Assembly (NCBI GenBank): GCA_964402965.1 | Contig: CAYODY010000003.1 | Location: forward strand, 9,846-73,845 | DNA: 64,000 bases | DNA from: an uncultured Candidatus Saccharibacteria bacterium | GTDB taxonomy: Bacteria > Patescibacteriota > Doudnabacteria > UBA920 | Reading direction: 5' to 3' | Part shown: positions 18,979 through 30,317 of the stretch, in pieces | Position numbering within the stretch: position 1 is the first letter of the stretch | Layout of the letters: each line of letters starts with the position of its first letter | Translations under genes and position numbers: made by a program | Notes under the pieces: generated by a model | Told to the model about the DNA's origin: nothing | Databases searched by the model: none | The model's input: only the letters and a program-made list of their open reading frames with translations

Positions 18979-20010
18979 ATGATCATTCGCGAGCTTGTAG
19001 ACTTAAAACAATATACTACGTTCCGTATGGGCCCAAAGGCTAGGTTTTTCGCAGTTGTAGAGAAGGAAGAAAATTTACACGAAGCGTATGCTTTTGCTAA
19101 AGAAATAAATGTCCCAGTTGTTATATTGGGTTCAGGTTCAAACGTTTTACTTAAAGATAACGAAATATTAGAGGCTTTGGTGTTAAAAATAGAAATTCAT
19201 GGTTTTGAAGTTATAGAGGAGACAGATGTCAGTGTGAGTATTCGAGTTGGTGCAGGGGAAATTTGGGATAGCTTTGTTAAGCGTGCAGTGGAAATGAATT
19301 TTTCGGGAGTGGAAACGCTATCTGGCATACCTGGCACCGTTGGCGCCACACCAGTTCAAAACGTCGGAGCTTATGGTTCCGAGATTAAAGATGCATTGGT
19401 ATCTTTGGAGGCATACGAAATTGCAACAGGAAAACTTATTACCTTAACGAAAGAGGAGTGCCGGTTTGCATATCGAGACAGCATCTTTAAAAATGAAGCC
19501 AAAGGTAAATTTCTAATTACTTCAGTAACTTTTAAACTGCTGAAAACAGAACCAAAAATTCCAGCATACGCAGGAGTTTCAAACTATTTTGAAAAAAATA
19601 AAATAGCAAAACCAACTTTGCTAGAAATTCGCCAAGCTATTTTAGAAATTCGACAACAGAAACTACCAGATCCAAAAAACATTGCCTCGGTAGGTTCGTT
19701 CTTTAAAAATCCAATTATTAACTACGAGCAGTATTCAGAGTTGAAGAAGAACTACCCAAATGCTGTAACTTTTTCTTTGGATGACGGAAGTTTTAAGGTG
19801 AGCGCGGGTTGGTTACTAGAAAATCTTGGTTTAAAAGGTCAGGAGTTTAGCCATTTACAGTTTTATTCAAACAATGCATTGGTTTTGGTAAATGATGGAT
19901 CTGCAACTTTTTTAGAATTAGAGAAACTAGTTAAAACTGCGCAGAGTCAGGTACAAAATCGCTTTGGAATAGAACTAGAGATGGAACCCAATATTATTGG
20001 GAACAATTAA
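18979..20010 (+). CDS. murB: UDP-N-acetylenolpyruvoylglucosamine reductase
   Basis: GSGSNVL, IPGTVGATPVQNVGAYG, YRDSIFK, GSFFKNP, LEMEP. Confidence 0.96.
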   Translation: MIIRELVDLKQYTTFRMGPKARFFAVVEKEENLHEAYAFAKEINVPVVILGSGSNVLLKDNEILEALVLKIEIHGFEVIEETDVSVSIRVGAGEIWDSFVKRAVEMNFSGVETLSGIPGTVGATPVQNVGAYGSEIKDALVSLEAYEIATGKLITLTKEECRFAYRDSIFKNEAKGKFLITSVTFKLLKTEPKIPAYAGVSNYFEKNKIAKPTLLEIRQAILEIRQQKLPDPKNIASVGSFFKNPIINYEQYSELKKNYPNAVTFSLDDGSFKVSAGWLLENLGLKGQEFSHLQFYSNNALVLVNDGSATFLELEKLVKTAQSQVQNRFGIELEMEPNIIGNN

Positions 20011-20726
20011 AAATTGTTTAGATTTTCTAGTTCTTCTATGTCTGCCCAAACAGGGAAGTGGTCAGAGAGTTTAACGTCTTTGTAAACACCATAACCTGTA
20101 ATCTTATAGTTGAGGGGGTAAATGGCGTCGAGTTGCCATGGTAATAGTCGGAAAGATCTTCCTGCTGAAGAATTACTAGTTTCAAAACCTTGTTCTTCCA
20201 AACTTGAATCTATGTGATCTTTCTGATTAGAAAGTCCAATTGGCATTAAATTTTTGTAAAATTTAATTGGGGCAGTATTAAAATCTCCAGCAAGAATTGC
20301 TGGGCTTTTTATTTCCTTTAAAACAGGGGAGAGTTGGTGAGCTCTTTCTTCTGGATTTAGACGAGTGTCCAAATGAACATTGCAGACTTGGATAGTATTG
20401 GAATCTATTATTACGTCGGAATGAACTGCAATTCTATTTCTTGGTTTAGGTCGCAGATTTTTTAAAGGCAAAGTTTGCACTTTGACGTTGTGAATTTTTC
20501 CATGACTGAGAATTGCCAAACCATGGGTTCCTGAAGACCGAAGCTCTCTTGCTGGAGTATAGACAGAATTGTATCCAAATTTTTTTGCTGTCTTTTTCGT
20601 ATATCCCTTTTCGTATTCTTCAATTTCTTGAAGTAAGATAATGTCTGCCGAGACACTTTTAAAAAACTGAAGTAATTCTTGAGTGAGAGGTTGGCAAGCA
20701 ATATTGAATGTAATTATACGGGGCAT
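20007..20726 (-). CDS. Endonuclease/exonuclease/phosphatase family protein
   Basis: TFNI, LQE, NVHL, AGDFN, SDHFPV. Confidence 0.9.
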   Translation of the reverse strand: MPRIITFNIACQPLTQELLQFFKSVSADIILLQEIEEYEKGYTKKTAKKFGYNSVYTPARELRSSGTHGLAILSHGKIHNVKVQTLPLKNLRPKPRNRIAVHSDVIIDSNTIQVCNVHLDTRLNPEERAHQLSPVLKEIKSPAILAGDFNTAPIKFYKNLMPIGLSNQKDHIDSSLEEQGFETSNSSAGRSFRLLPWQLDAIYPLNYKITGYGVYKDVKLSDHFPVWADIEELENLNNF

Positions 20727-20899
20727 ATGTCTATTATTTGTGCTATTAGAATAGCAAAAAATGACTAATTTTGCGATTTCCTGTCTTATTTAGAGGTTAT
20801 TCTAAGGGTGATTCCAATAATCTTTATTTCGCTCATAATTTCGCCCATATTTTGCTCAATTGTTTAGCTGAAAACGATTTAATGCGGTATAATATGATA

Positions 20900-22367
<1,468 letters not shown>

Positions 22368-22384
<17 letters not shown>

Positions 22385-23219
22385 CTATACAATTTTTAAG
22401 CAGGGAAGTACTACTTTCTTTACTGCTAGTCTATTTTTTCCAAAACAAATTCGCAAGGATGTTTTTAGTTTATACGCTTTTGTTCGTGTGTTTGATGATT
22501 TTGTAGACAATATTCCCCAACAATCTGAAGAATATTTTAACTTAAAAAATGAATATTTAGAAAAACTCACTTCTGGTGACTCAAGTAAAACTGTTAATCA
22601 GCATAGTAACTTTGAACTCTCTTTGGTAGTAGATGACTTTATTGAACTGCAAAGAAAGTGTCACTTTGAGCAATCGTGGGTAGATAGTTTTTTTGAATCA
22701 ATGGAGATGGATTTACAAAAGACTGATTACTTAACAATACAAGAAACTGAAAAGTATATGTATGGTTCAGCAGAGGTTATTGGTTTAATGATGTCTAAAA
22801 TTCTAAAGCTAAGCCCAGAAAGTTTTGAGTACGCACAAAAGTTAGGAAAAGCTTTTCAGTTTATGAATATGATTCGAGATGTTGCAGAAGATGTATCTTT
22901 TGGTAGAAAGTATTTACCAACAGAAGACTTAACTACTTTTGGTTTACAAAGTTTGTCTGAACAAGACGCAGTTGAACACCCAGAGCAGTTTAAAAAATTC
23001 ATCAATTTTCAGATCAGCAGATACAGAAAATGGCGGGAGGAGGCAGAGCAAGGGTTTAAATATATTCCGCGACAGTATCTAATTCCAATTAAAGCGGCAG
23101 TAGAAATGTTTGACTATACTATAGATGAAGTTCAAAAAGATCCGTTGCAAATTTGGAAAAAGAAAATTAAACCTACAAAACTTCGAGCTATTTTAACAAC
23201 CTTAAAACAATTTATCTAA
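22368..23219 (+). CDS. crtB: Phytoene synthase
   Basis: STTFFTAS, LYAFVRVFDDFVD, YMYGSAEVIGLM, FQFMNMIRDVAED...GRKYLP. Confidence 0.92.
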
Positions 23220-23222
23220 ACC

Positions 23223-24281
23223 ATGAACCCTTATTTTAAAACAAAAAAAATTCTTCTTGAAAAAGAAATTACTTCTACTATTAGTGCATTAAAAAAAACA
23301 TCTCAAGCCGATTACGTTTGGAGTAAATCAGCCTTAAATAGATTTGAGAAATTTATTTTGCCAGGTAAAATGATTCGCGGTCTCTTGGTCATGCTATCAG
23401 CAGGGGATGGGAAAAATAATGTAGAGCAGGATGCAATTAAAATTGGAACAGCTTTAGAAATAATGCATTCAGGTATTTTAATTCATGACGATATTATAGA
23501 TAGAGATTCTAAGCGTCGTGGTTTACCAACGATGCACTATCAATATAGCCAAATGGCAAAAAAGCTGTCTGAGAAAGAAGCTTTGCACTATGGTGAAGGC
23601 ATGGCTAGTTGCATTGGAATTATTGGGTATTTTATGGCAATTGGACAGTTTGCCAAGCTAAAGAATGTTGCAGTACAAAATCAGTTGCTCTCGTTATTTA
23701 GTAGTGAGATGGCTCTGCTTGGACTTGGTCAGATGGACGACTTAGATACAGGTACAATGCATGCAGTAAATGAATTAGATTGTCTGCGTATTTATGAGCA
23801 AAAGACCGGTAGATATACTTTCGGATTACCAATTCTTGCCGGGCTAACTTTAGCAGGGAAGATGAACGCGAAAACAGAAAAGTTGGTATATGAAATTTCT
23901 AAATCTTTGGGAATAATTTTCCAACTTAGAGATGACTATTTAGGAATTTTTGGAGATCATAAAAAGACTGGGAAATCTGTTGGGGGAGATATTGTAGAAA
24001 GGAAAAAAACTTGGTTTTACTTTACTACTTTAAAAGTAGCGAATAAACAAGATGCAAAGAAGCTTCGCGAGCTGTACAATAACCACAAGACTATTAATTC
24101 AAAAGACAAAAAATGGGTTTTGCAAATTATGGAGCAGTACAATTTGCCTGAGCTTGCGAAAACAGAATTAAATTCCCAGAAATTAATAGCGTTAGATATT
24201 TTAGGAAAACTTCCGTTTAGTACTAAACAAAAAAGTATAATGCAAGATTTAGTAGAGCAATTAATTACTCGAGTAAAATGA
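23223..24281 (+). CDS. crtE: Polyprenyl (probably geranylgeranyl) diphosphate synthase
   Basis: GKMIR, HDDIID..RRG, GQ..D, KT, FQLRDDYLG; position inside the crt operon. Confidence 0.85.
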   Translation: MNPYFKTKKILLEKEITSTISALKKTSQADYVWSKSALNRFEKFILPGKMIRGLLVMLSAGDGKNNVEQDAIKIGTALEIMHSGILIHDDIIDRDSKRRGLPTMHYQYSQMAKKLSEKEALHYGEGMASCIGIIGYFMAIGQFAKLKNVAVQNQLLSLFSSEMALLGLGQMDDLDTGTMHAVNELDCLRIYEQKTGRYTFGLPILAGLTLAGKMNAKTEKLVYEISKSLGIIFQLRDDYLGIFGDHKKTGKSVGGDIVERKKTWFYFTTLKVANKQDAKKLRELYNNHKTINSKDKKWVLQIMEQYNLPELAKTELNSQKLIALDILGKLPFSTKQKSIMQDLVEQLITRVK

Positions 24282-25174
24282 TGTTACAAAAAATAATAAA
24301 AATATCTCGCCCAAGGTTTTGGATTTATTTACTTGGACCATTTCTTTTTGGTTCTGCGGCGGCGTATAATAAAACACTATCTTTGGATTTATTTACCCAC
24401 CCAGCATTTTGGATCTTTCTGTTTATCTTTTTGATTTTTGGAAACTACTTTATTTATGGAATCAACGATTACTACGACTTTGATACAGATCAGCATAACG
24501 CAAAAAAAGATGAACTGACGGGTAAGGAGTACAGGCTTGCACCGGAAGATAAAAGCTGGTTGAAGTATAGTGTTTATACAGTTTGGGTATTCGCTTTCTT
24601 TGGTGTTTATTACATTTGGCAACAAGGGGTAGCTAATCCAAATATATGGTTAGCCATAGCAGTTTGGGTAAGCTTTTGGTTCATTGGCTATGCTTACAGT
24701 ACTCCTCCAATACGTTTTAAGGCGCGAAGGCTGGTGGACTCATTAAGCAATGGTTATTACGCATTTCCAGGCTTGTTCATATACATATTCTTAACAGGCG
24801 AGTCAGTGTCGTGGGAAGTTTTCTTTGCAGTCATTTTGTGGAATGCAGGAATGCATTTTTATAGTGCAATTCCAGATATTCAAGCAGATACAAAAGCAGG
24901 GCTAAATACCAGCGCGATGTTTTTTGGATTCAGAAAATCGCTATTTGTTTCGTCACTGGTTTGGTTAGCAAGTTTAGTTTTGATTTTACTAAGTATGAGT
25001 TTTACTGGCAATGCAATGCTAGTCATAGTAGCGATAGGATTAGTGTACGTGTTCTTGCCTTTATTTTCCTTAAGTTCAAAACCTAAGTATGCGATTGAGA
25101 AGCTGTATTGGTATTTCCCGTATATAAATTTAATCAGTGGATTCATTCTTTTTTGGCTCATTGTTACTAGATAG
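24278..25174 (+). CDS. UbiA-family prenyltransferase, lycopene elongase-like (CrtEb/LyeJ)
   Basis: SRPRFWIY, YGINDYYDFDTD..N.KK, YSTPPIRFK, AIPDI.AD motifs; last gene of the crt operon. Confidence 0.8.
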   Translation: MMLQKIIKISRPRFWIYLLGPFLFGSAAAYNKTLSLDLFTHPAFWIFLFIFLIFGNYFIYGINDYYDFDTDQHNAKKDELTGKEYRLAPEDKSWLKYSVYTVWVFAFFGVYYIWQQGVANPNIWLAIAVWVSFWFIGYAYSTPPIRFKARRLVDSLSNGYYAFPGLFIYIFLTGESVSWEVFFAVILWNAGMHFYSAIPDIQADTKAGLNTSAMFFGFRKSLFVSSLVWLASLVLILLSMSFTGNAMLVIVAIGLVYVFLPLFSLSSKPKYAIEKLYWYFPYINLISGFILFWLIVTR

Positions 25175-25201
25175 AAAAAACCGCCTAATGGCGGTTTTTT
25201 T
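25175..25201. terminator. Bidirectional intrinsic terminator
   Basis: AAAAAACCGCC-TAAT-GGCGGTTTTTT. Confidence 0.85.
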
Positions 25202-25208
25202 ATTTGGG

Positions 25209-25233
25209 TGGGGTGGTGGAAGAAGTGCAACTG
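25209..25233 (-). repeat. Degenerate tRNA-His 3'-end copy (att-like site 2)
   Basis: Minus strand CAGTTGCACTTCTTCCACCACCCCA directly after a stop codon; ends in CCACCCCA, as does tRNA-His. Confidence 0.6.
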
Positions 25234-25551
25234 TTATTCTATCCAACTCATTTTGCAATATTTATTAAAATCAATCAGGTTGACTGGATTGTAAAGTAAT
25301 TCGTAAGCAGTACCGCCCATATGACCAACTTTTTCAAAAGATTTTTTTACTTTGATCTGTTGTGTACAAACATATCCCACAGAACCTTGATTGATTTCTT
25401 TAGTATCCATATAGGTAGGTGAAAAAGTGTACTTAAAGAATGATACTATAGCAATAGTCGGTCCAGGCGCAATCTTTACTAGCGCAAAAAGTAAAATAGG
25501 TAATCCCATGCATATAGCTAGCGTAATTAAAACAATTTTTAGAATTCGCAT
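25234..25551 (-). CDS. Small membrane-anchored hypothetical protein (cassette 2)
   Basis: TGTTATAAT 6 nt before ATG 25551; N-terminal TM; two Cys in the soluble domain. Confidence 0.7.
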   Translation of the reverse strand: MRILKIVLITLAICMGLPILLFALVKIAPGPTIAIVSFFKYTFSPTYMDTKEINQGSVGYVCTQQIKVKKSFEKVGHMGGTAYELLYNPVNLIDFNKYCKMSWIE

Positions 25552-25599
25552 ATTTAAATTATAACAAATAACCGCCTTACTAGTTAGGCGGTTTTTAAA

Positions 25600-25630
25600 T
25601 GGGGTGGCATAGTGGGGGATGTGACAACTA
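25600..25630 (-). repeat. Degenerate tRNA-His 3'-end copy (att-like site 1)
   Basis: Minus strand TAGTTGTCACATCCCCCACTATGCCACCCCA; ATGGGGTGGC at 25599-25608 is identical to 26070-26079. Confidence 0.65.
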
Positions 25631-26023
25631 TTATTTGTAGAAGTCTTCACGTGCTTCCTGTGGTTCTTCAAGGATGTTGTAGTTTATCAGAATTTCTTCA
25701 CCAGCTTTAATATCTCGTCTGGCGTACCATTTATAATCATCATCTCGAAATGTATTTGCATCTTGGGAGTGATTTAAGTACCACCCAACAGGCATCGCCG
25801 AAAAATCTTTAGGACAAATTAATTTATCACCTCTATTCATACAGTATTGCTGGAATATCTCAGGAATATCTTTTGCCTCACGTTCTATTGATCTCTGAGA
25901 TAAACTATTTTCTTGCCCAAACAGTTTCAAATGTGTTCTTTTATCAATATCATGTACTGCAAATACTCCAATTCCATGATTGGATGGTTTTAATAGAAAA
26001 GAAAATTCATTAGTGAAGTTCAT
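25631..26023 (-). CDS. SET-domain protein-lysine methyltransferase-like protein (cassette 1)
   Basis: HGIGVFA, YLNHS, ARRDIKAGEEILINY SET motifs; start reassigned to ATG 26023 because the longer ORF runs into the tRNA. Confidence 0.9.
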   Translation of the reverse strand: MNFTNEFSFLLKPSNHGIGVFAVHDIDKRTHLKLFGQENSLSQRSIEREAKDIPEIFQQYCMNRGDKLICPKDFSAMPVGWYLNHSQDANTFRDDDYKWYARRDIKAGEEILINYNILEEPQEAREDFYK

Positions 26024-26070
26024 AGTATTAATATAACAAAAAACACCTGCTATTAACAGATGTGTTTTGA

Positions 26071-26146
26071 TGGGGTGGCCGACGGGATTCGAACCCGCGA
26101 CATCCGCTGCCACAGAGCGGCGCTCTACCACTGAACTACGGCCACC
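26071..26146 (-). tRNA. tRNA-His(GTG)
   Basis: Encoded G-1, GTGGCCG/CGGCCAC acceptor, CCGCT-CTGTGGC-AGCGG anticodon arm, C73, CCA. Confidence 0.97.
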
Positions 26147-26293
26147 ATATTTAGTTTTGGACTAAAATAAAAACCCTTGCACAGGGTAATAGGCAAAATA
26201 TCTGCTGTGTCAGATAGGATGTAAATTCTTATTAAATCCAAGAGTATTATAGCGAAAAAAAAGACACTACGTCAATATAGTGTCTTTTTGAAT

Positions 26294-28015
26294 TTAATCT
26301 TCGTCGTACGACTTTTTGCTCATGAAGAAACCGTTTGAACTTGGAGATATCTTTTTCAGTGATGCAGGCGCTGGTTTGCGACCGCGCTCGTACTCTGACC
26401 ATTTCTTATTTCTACCACGAGCCCCTGTATTGGCATTTTTATTTGTTCTACTTGCCCCAGCAGGTCTAGATCCAGCAGGTTTAGAAGGTGAAGAAAATCT
26501 TGGTGCTGGTGCTGTAAAACGTCCTTGTGAGCTTGGTTTTGAAGTTGGAGAGCTAGATCGTTGTCCATAGCTTGAACGTTTGGTGTAACTAGAAGCAGAG
26601 CTTGGAGCAGAAGATGGTCTGCCACTTGGACGGCCACCAAAGCTTGGACGTGAACCACGGCCACTGCTTGGTCTGCCACCAAAGCTTGGTTTGCCATCAC
26701 CTGTAGGACGGCCACCACTAGATCGTGAATCACGACCACTTGGACGCCCGCCAAAGCTTGGACGTGAACCACGATTACCACGAAGACCTCGGTCGTCTCT
26801 ATCGCTAGGTAGAGTAGTAGATGCTAGTCTTTCTAATTTAGGAGTTTGGGAAACCGGCAATGCTTTTTTGATCAATCGTTCAATTATGTTAACGTCGCGT
26901 TTTTGATCATGAGTAGCGAAAGAAATTGCATGACCTTTCATGCTTGCACGCCCTGTACGACCAATACGGTGTACATAATCTTCTGCTTGGTCTGGCAAGT
27001 CGTAGTTTAAAACAAGTTCAATTCCTGTTACATCAATTCCACGAGCGGCAATGTCTGTAGCAACTAGGACGCGGTATTTACCATCTTTAAAACCTTTTAA
27101 TGCTTCAAGACGTTGATTCAAAGAACGATTTGAGTGAATCTCGGTTGAGTTAATACCCATGGCACGAACATCGCGCGCAATCTTTTTTGCTCCGTATTTA
27201 GTACGAGAGAAAACTAAAACAGTACCTTTGTATTCACTTAAAATCTTTTTAAGTAGAGCAAGTTTTTCGCCACGGTCTAAGAAGAATATTTCTTGAGACA
27301 CAGAAGCGGAAGCTTGTCCTGCTGGAGCAACTTCAACACGAAGAGGGGATTGCATATATGAATTTGCAATCTTTACTATTTCGTGAGGCATCGTCGCAGA
27401 GAACAACATTGTTTGCCTAGTTTTTGGAACACTTTCTAGTACTTTTTTAATCTGAGGAGCGAATCCCATGTCTAACATGCGATCAGCTTCATCAAGAACT
27501 AAAACTCTAGTTTTAGAAAGGTTTACACTTTTCTTTTCTAAGTGATCAATTAAACGTCCTGGGGTAGCAATTATTATGTGCGGTTCTTTTCTTAGCGCCA
27601 TAAGTTGGCGGCCGATGTTTTCACCACCAATTAAAATAGCGGTTTTTAAACCGATAGATGTTCCTATTTTCTTTAGTGTTTCGTTAACTTGCAAAGCAAG
27701 TTCGCGAGTTGGAAGAACTACTAATCCAATACTCCCTTTGTGTTCGGCAAGGCGTTGGATCATTGGAATTCCGAAGGCAAGAGTCTTACCGGTTCCTGTT
27801 TGAGCAATCCCCATTAAGTCACTTCCAGAAAGTGCAGGAGGGATTGATTGTTCTTGAATTGGTGTAGGAGTAACAAATTTATGCTGTTTGAGAATGCTAA
27901 GTAATTTTGGTGCAATCCCTAAATCATCAAAAGTTTTACGACCGCTACTGTTTGTCAGTGTGCCACTTAATTTATTGGCATCAGTCTTTGTCTGAGTCTT
28001 TGGTTGAGTTTTCAT
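26294..28015 (-). CDS. DEAD-box RNA helicase with long R/G/S/P-rich C-terminal tail
   Basis: Q motif, AQTGTGKT, PTRELA, TPGR, DEAD, SAT, ARGID, HRIGRTGR. Confidence 0.97.
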   Translation of the reverse strand: MKTQPKTQTKTDANKLSGTLTNSSGRKTFDDLGIAPKLLSILKQHKFVTPTPIQEQSIPPALSGSDLMGIAQTGTGKTLAFGIPMIQRLAEHKGSIGLVVLPTRELALQVNETLKKIGTSIGLKTAILIGGENIGRQLMALRKEPHIIIATPGRLIDHLEKKSVNLSKTRVLVLDEADRMLDMGFAPQIKKVLESVPKTRQTMLFSATMPHEIVKIANSYMQSPLRVEVAPAGQASASVSQEIFFLDRGEKLALLKKILSEYKGTVLVFSRTKYGAKKIARDVRAMGINSTEIHSNRSLNQRLEALKGFKDGKYRVLVATDIAARGIDVTGIELVLNYDLPDQAEDYVHRIGRTGRASMKGHAISFATHDQKRDVNIIERLIKKALPVSQTPKLERLASTTLPSDRDDRGLRGNRGSRPSFGGRPSGRDSRSSGGRPTGDGKPSFGGRPSSGRGSRPSFGGRPSGRPSSAPSSASSYTKRSSYGQRSSSPTSKPSSQGRFTAPAPRFSSPSKPAGSRPAGASRTNKNANTGARGRNKKWSEYERGRKPAPASLKKISPSSNGFFMSKKSYDED

Positions 28016-28055
28016 TTTATTATTTTATCACAAAAGTTTGATTTTGGCAAGTGTG

Positions 28056-29705
28056 TTATCTGTGTCGGATATGGTCAGCGTAATAGCTTAGAGTTGCATC
28101 CGTTTTTTTGTGAGGATTGAAGATGTTTAATGGGTCAAAGATGTGCTTTGTTTGTTTGAAAAGTTCGTAAATCTTGGGTCCAAACATAAATTCAAGAAAT
28201 GCACCTCGGACAATTCCGTCATTATGTTCAGCACTCATAGAACCTCGAAAATCTTTCACTAATTGAAAAACCTCGTTACTCATTTGAATTATTTGTTCGC
28301 GATGTCTTTCTTCGCTTACATCTACTAGGGGAATGACGTGGAAGTTGGCATCGCCGGCGTGACCCGCAATAGTGTAGACAAAGTCAGGATATTTGGCGAT
28401 AATTGCGTCTAACTGTGGTAAGAAAATTGGCAGTTGATCTGTGTGGACAATTATGTCTTCTATGAAAGGTGCGGAAAGTTTGCGGGCATTGTGTTTCATT
28501 AACAAGTTGTAACTCTCTCGTCGAATGGTCCAATATTTTTGAGATTCTTCAAAACTTTTTGTAATATGCGTTGGGAGATTAAAGAATTCGCGAATATTGC
28601 TTTCTGCCATTTGCGCTTGTCTCATTACACTGGCTTCATCTTCACCGCTGAATTCTGCAAGTAAAACAATTTTAGGTAGTCCTCCCCAAAGAGACATCCA
28701 AATTTCAGGTAAGAATTGCCAAAGTAATTTAAGCCAAGACAGGTTGTAACCTTTGCGCATCTTCTCAATTATTTCAGGCAAATATTTCAATGCAAGTTTA
28801 ATTGTGTGTTCATCAAAAATCTCAAAACTTTCTGGACGAAGTTCCTTCACGTGCGAAACGATTTGACCTAGATCTTTAATTTCAGACAGGAAGAAGACAA
28901 CTAGTTTGCTGTGTCTTTCAATTGGAACAATCCGCCACTTGATTTTAGTAATAATTCCTAATGTACCTTGGCTTCCTACGAAAAGCTTGGTTAAGTCAAA
29001 GGTTGTTCCATCCCAAACATCCCACAAATAGTACCCAGATGAATTTTTAGATGTTGTCGGTTTGGCTTCTTTAATAATTTTATAGTTACTTTGAATTAGC
29101 TCATATATCTCTCTGTAGAATTTACCTTCAAAGTTTTGTAGTGCCATTTTGGCTTTTAGTTCTTGTTCACTCAAAGGTTTTATGGTGTAAACTTTGCCAT
29201 CAGAAAGAACGACTTCAAGCTCTTGTACAAAATTTTTGACCTGACCGTACTTTAATGTTTTTTCCCCAGCGGCGTTATTACCAACCATTCCACCAACCGC
29301 AGCCCAGTTTTTAGAAACAGGGTAGGCGGGCATCATTCTATTGTGCGAAGTAAGTTTGACTTCAAGGTCGCGGAACATAACACCTGCCTCGGTAACAACA
29401 CTTGTTTCTGTTAAGTTAGAAATCCCATTCAGAGTACGAGACATCTTTAAAATAATTGAGTCATTAATGCTTCCACCTGTCATATCTGTTCCACCACCCC
29501 TAGCTGTTATGGAAAGCTCTGGTTGTTCTGCTTTGTGTAATGTTACATACTTAACTAACTCACAGATGTCTGTTGTGTCACGTGGGAAGGCGATAGCTGT
29601 TGGAGCAATTTGAAAAATACTCGCGTCGCGACTGAATTCTTCTAAGCTTGCTTCGTGAGTTGTAATTTCGCCTTTAAAATTTTGTTTCAGACCAGTTAAG
29701 TCCAT
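28056..29705 (-). CDS. FAD-binding oxidoreductase (GlcD/D-lactate dehydrogenase-like)
   Basis: RGGGT, GGMVGNNA, GSQGTLG, GHAGDANFH, SAEHNDG, FDPLNIFNP. Confidence 0.9.
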   Translation of the reverse strand: MDLTGLKQNFKGEITTHEASLEEFSRDASIFQIAPTAIAFPRDTTDICELVKYVTLHKAEQPELSITARGGGTDMTGGSINDSIILKMSRTLNGISNLTETSVVTEAGVMFRDLEVKLTSHNRMMPAYPVSKNWAAVGGMVGNNAAGEKTLKYGQVKNFVQELEVVLSDGKVYTIKPLSEQELKAKMALQNFEGKFYREIYELIQSNYKIIKEAKPTTSKNSSGYYLWDVWDGTTFDLTKLFVGSQGTLGIITKIKWRIVPIERHSKLVVFFLSEIKDLGQIVSHVKELRPESFEIFDEHTIKLALKYLPEIIEKMRKGYNLSWLKLLWQFLPEIWMSLWGGLPKIVLLAEFSGEDEASVMRQAQMAESNIREFFNLPTHITKSFEESQKYWTIRRESYNLLMKHNARKLSAPFIEDIIVHTDQLPIFLPQLDAIIAKYPDFVYTIAGHAGDANFHVIPLVDVSEERHREQIIQMSNEVFQLVKDFRGSMSAEHNDGIVRGAFLEFMFGPKIYELFKQTKHIFDPLNIFNPHKKTDATLSYYADHIRHR

Positions 29706-29745
29706 ACATGTATTATATCAGATTAAATGCTATAATTGTTCATAT

Positions 29746-30270
29746 ATGTCGATAAAACATTCTAAAAAAACAAATTCAGTTGAAACTATATCAGAACGTT
29801 TCACTCAGTGGGTTGGTTCGCCAGCTTCAATTTTTGTTCATACCATATTGTTTATTTCTGCTTTTGCATTAGTTCTGTTTGGTGTTGAATTCGACTCAGT
29901 GCTATTAATTCTTACAACTGCAGTTTCTTTGGAAGCAATTTATTTGGCATTGTTTATTCAAATGTCGGTAAACAAAAACACTCGCAGTTTGGCAGACGTG
30001 GAGGAAGACATTGAAGAGATCGCTGAAGACGTTGAAGGTATTGAAAAAGATATTGATGAAATTCAGGAAGACGTTGAAGGTATTGAAAAAGATATTGATG
30101 AAATTCAGGAAGACGTAGACGAAATGCAAGAAGACGTTGAAGAGATTGAAAAAGACAATGAAGAAGATGATCTTCACGATGCCGCGACTATGAAAACACT
30201 AAATACATTACAAACATACATTCAAAAGTTAATGGAAGACATTCAAACTTTGAAGGATCAGAAGAAGTAA
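29746..30270 (+). CDS. DUF1003-like membrane protein with acidic coiled-coil repeat
   Basis: VGS, two TMs, VSLEAIYLALFIQMSVN; heptad repeats follow. Confidence 0.75.
   Translation: MSIKHSKKTNSVETISERFTQWVGSPASIFVHTILFISAFALVLFGVEFDSVLLILTTAVSLEAIYLALFIQMSVNKNTRSLADVEEDIEEIAEDVEGIEKDIDEIQEDVEGIEKDIDEIQEDVDEMQEDVEEIEKDNEEDDLHDAATMKTLNTLQTYIQKLMEDIQTLKDQKK
30025..30108 (+). repeat. Exact 42-bp tandem duplication (EDVEGIEKDIDEIQ x2)
   Basis: GAAGACGTTGAAGGTATTGAAAAAGATATTGATGAAATTCAG at 30025 and 30067. Confidence 0.95.
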
Positions 30271-30281
30271 ATTGAAAATTT

Positions 30282-30306
30282 AAAACACTGGCAATGCCAG
30301 TGTTTT
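30282..30306. terminator. Bidirectional intrinsic terminator
   Basis: AAAACACTGGC-AAT-GCCAGTGTTTT. Confidence 0.8.
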
Positions 30307-30317
30307 TAAAATACGAA

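Noticed and set aside
26024-26131. N-terminal extension of the SET ORF (also the 58777-58860 extension of the LAGLIDADG ORF)
   Set aside because: These extensions are translations of tRNA sequence; better starts lie downstream.
26600-26780. Repeated CCAAAGCTTGG units
   Set aside because: They encode the PSFGG repeats of the helicase tail; not a DNA-level element.
29995-30180. Possible CRISPR array
   Set aside because: In-frame coding tandem repeats without unique spacers; no cas genes.
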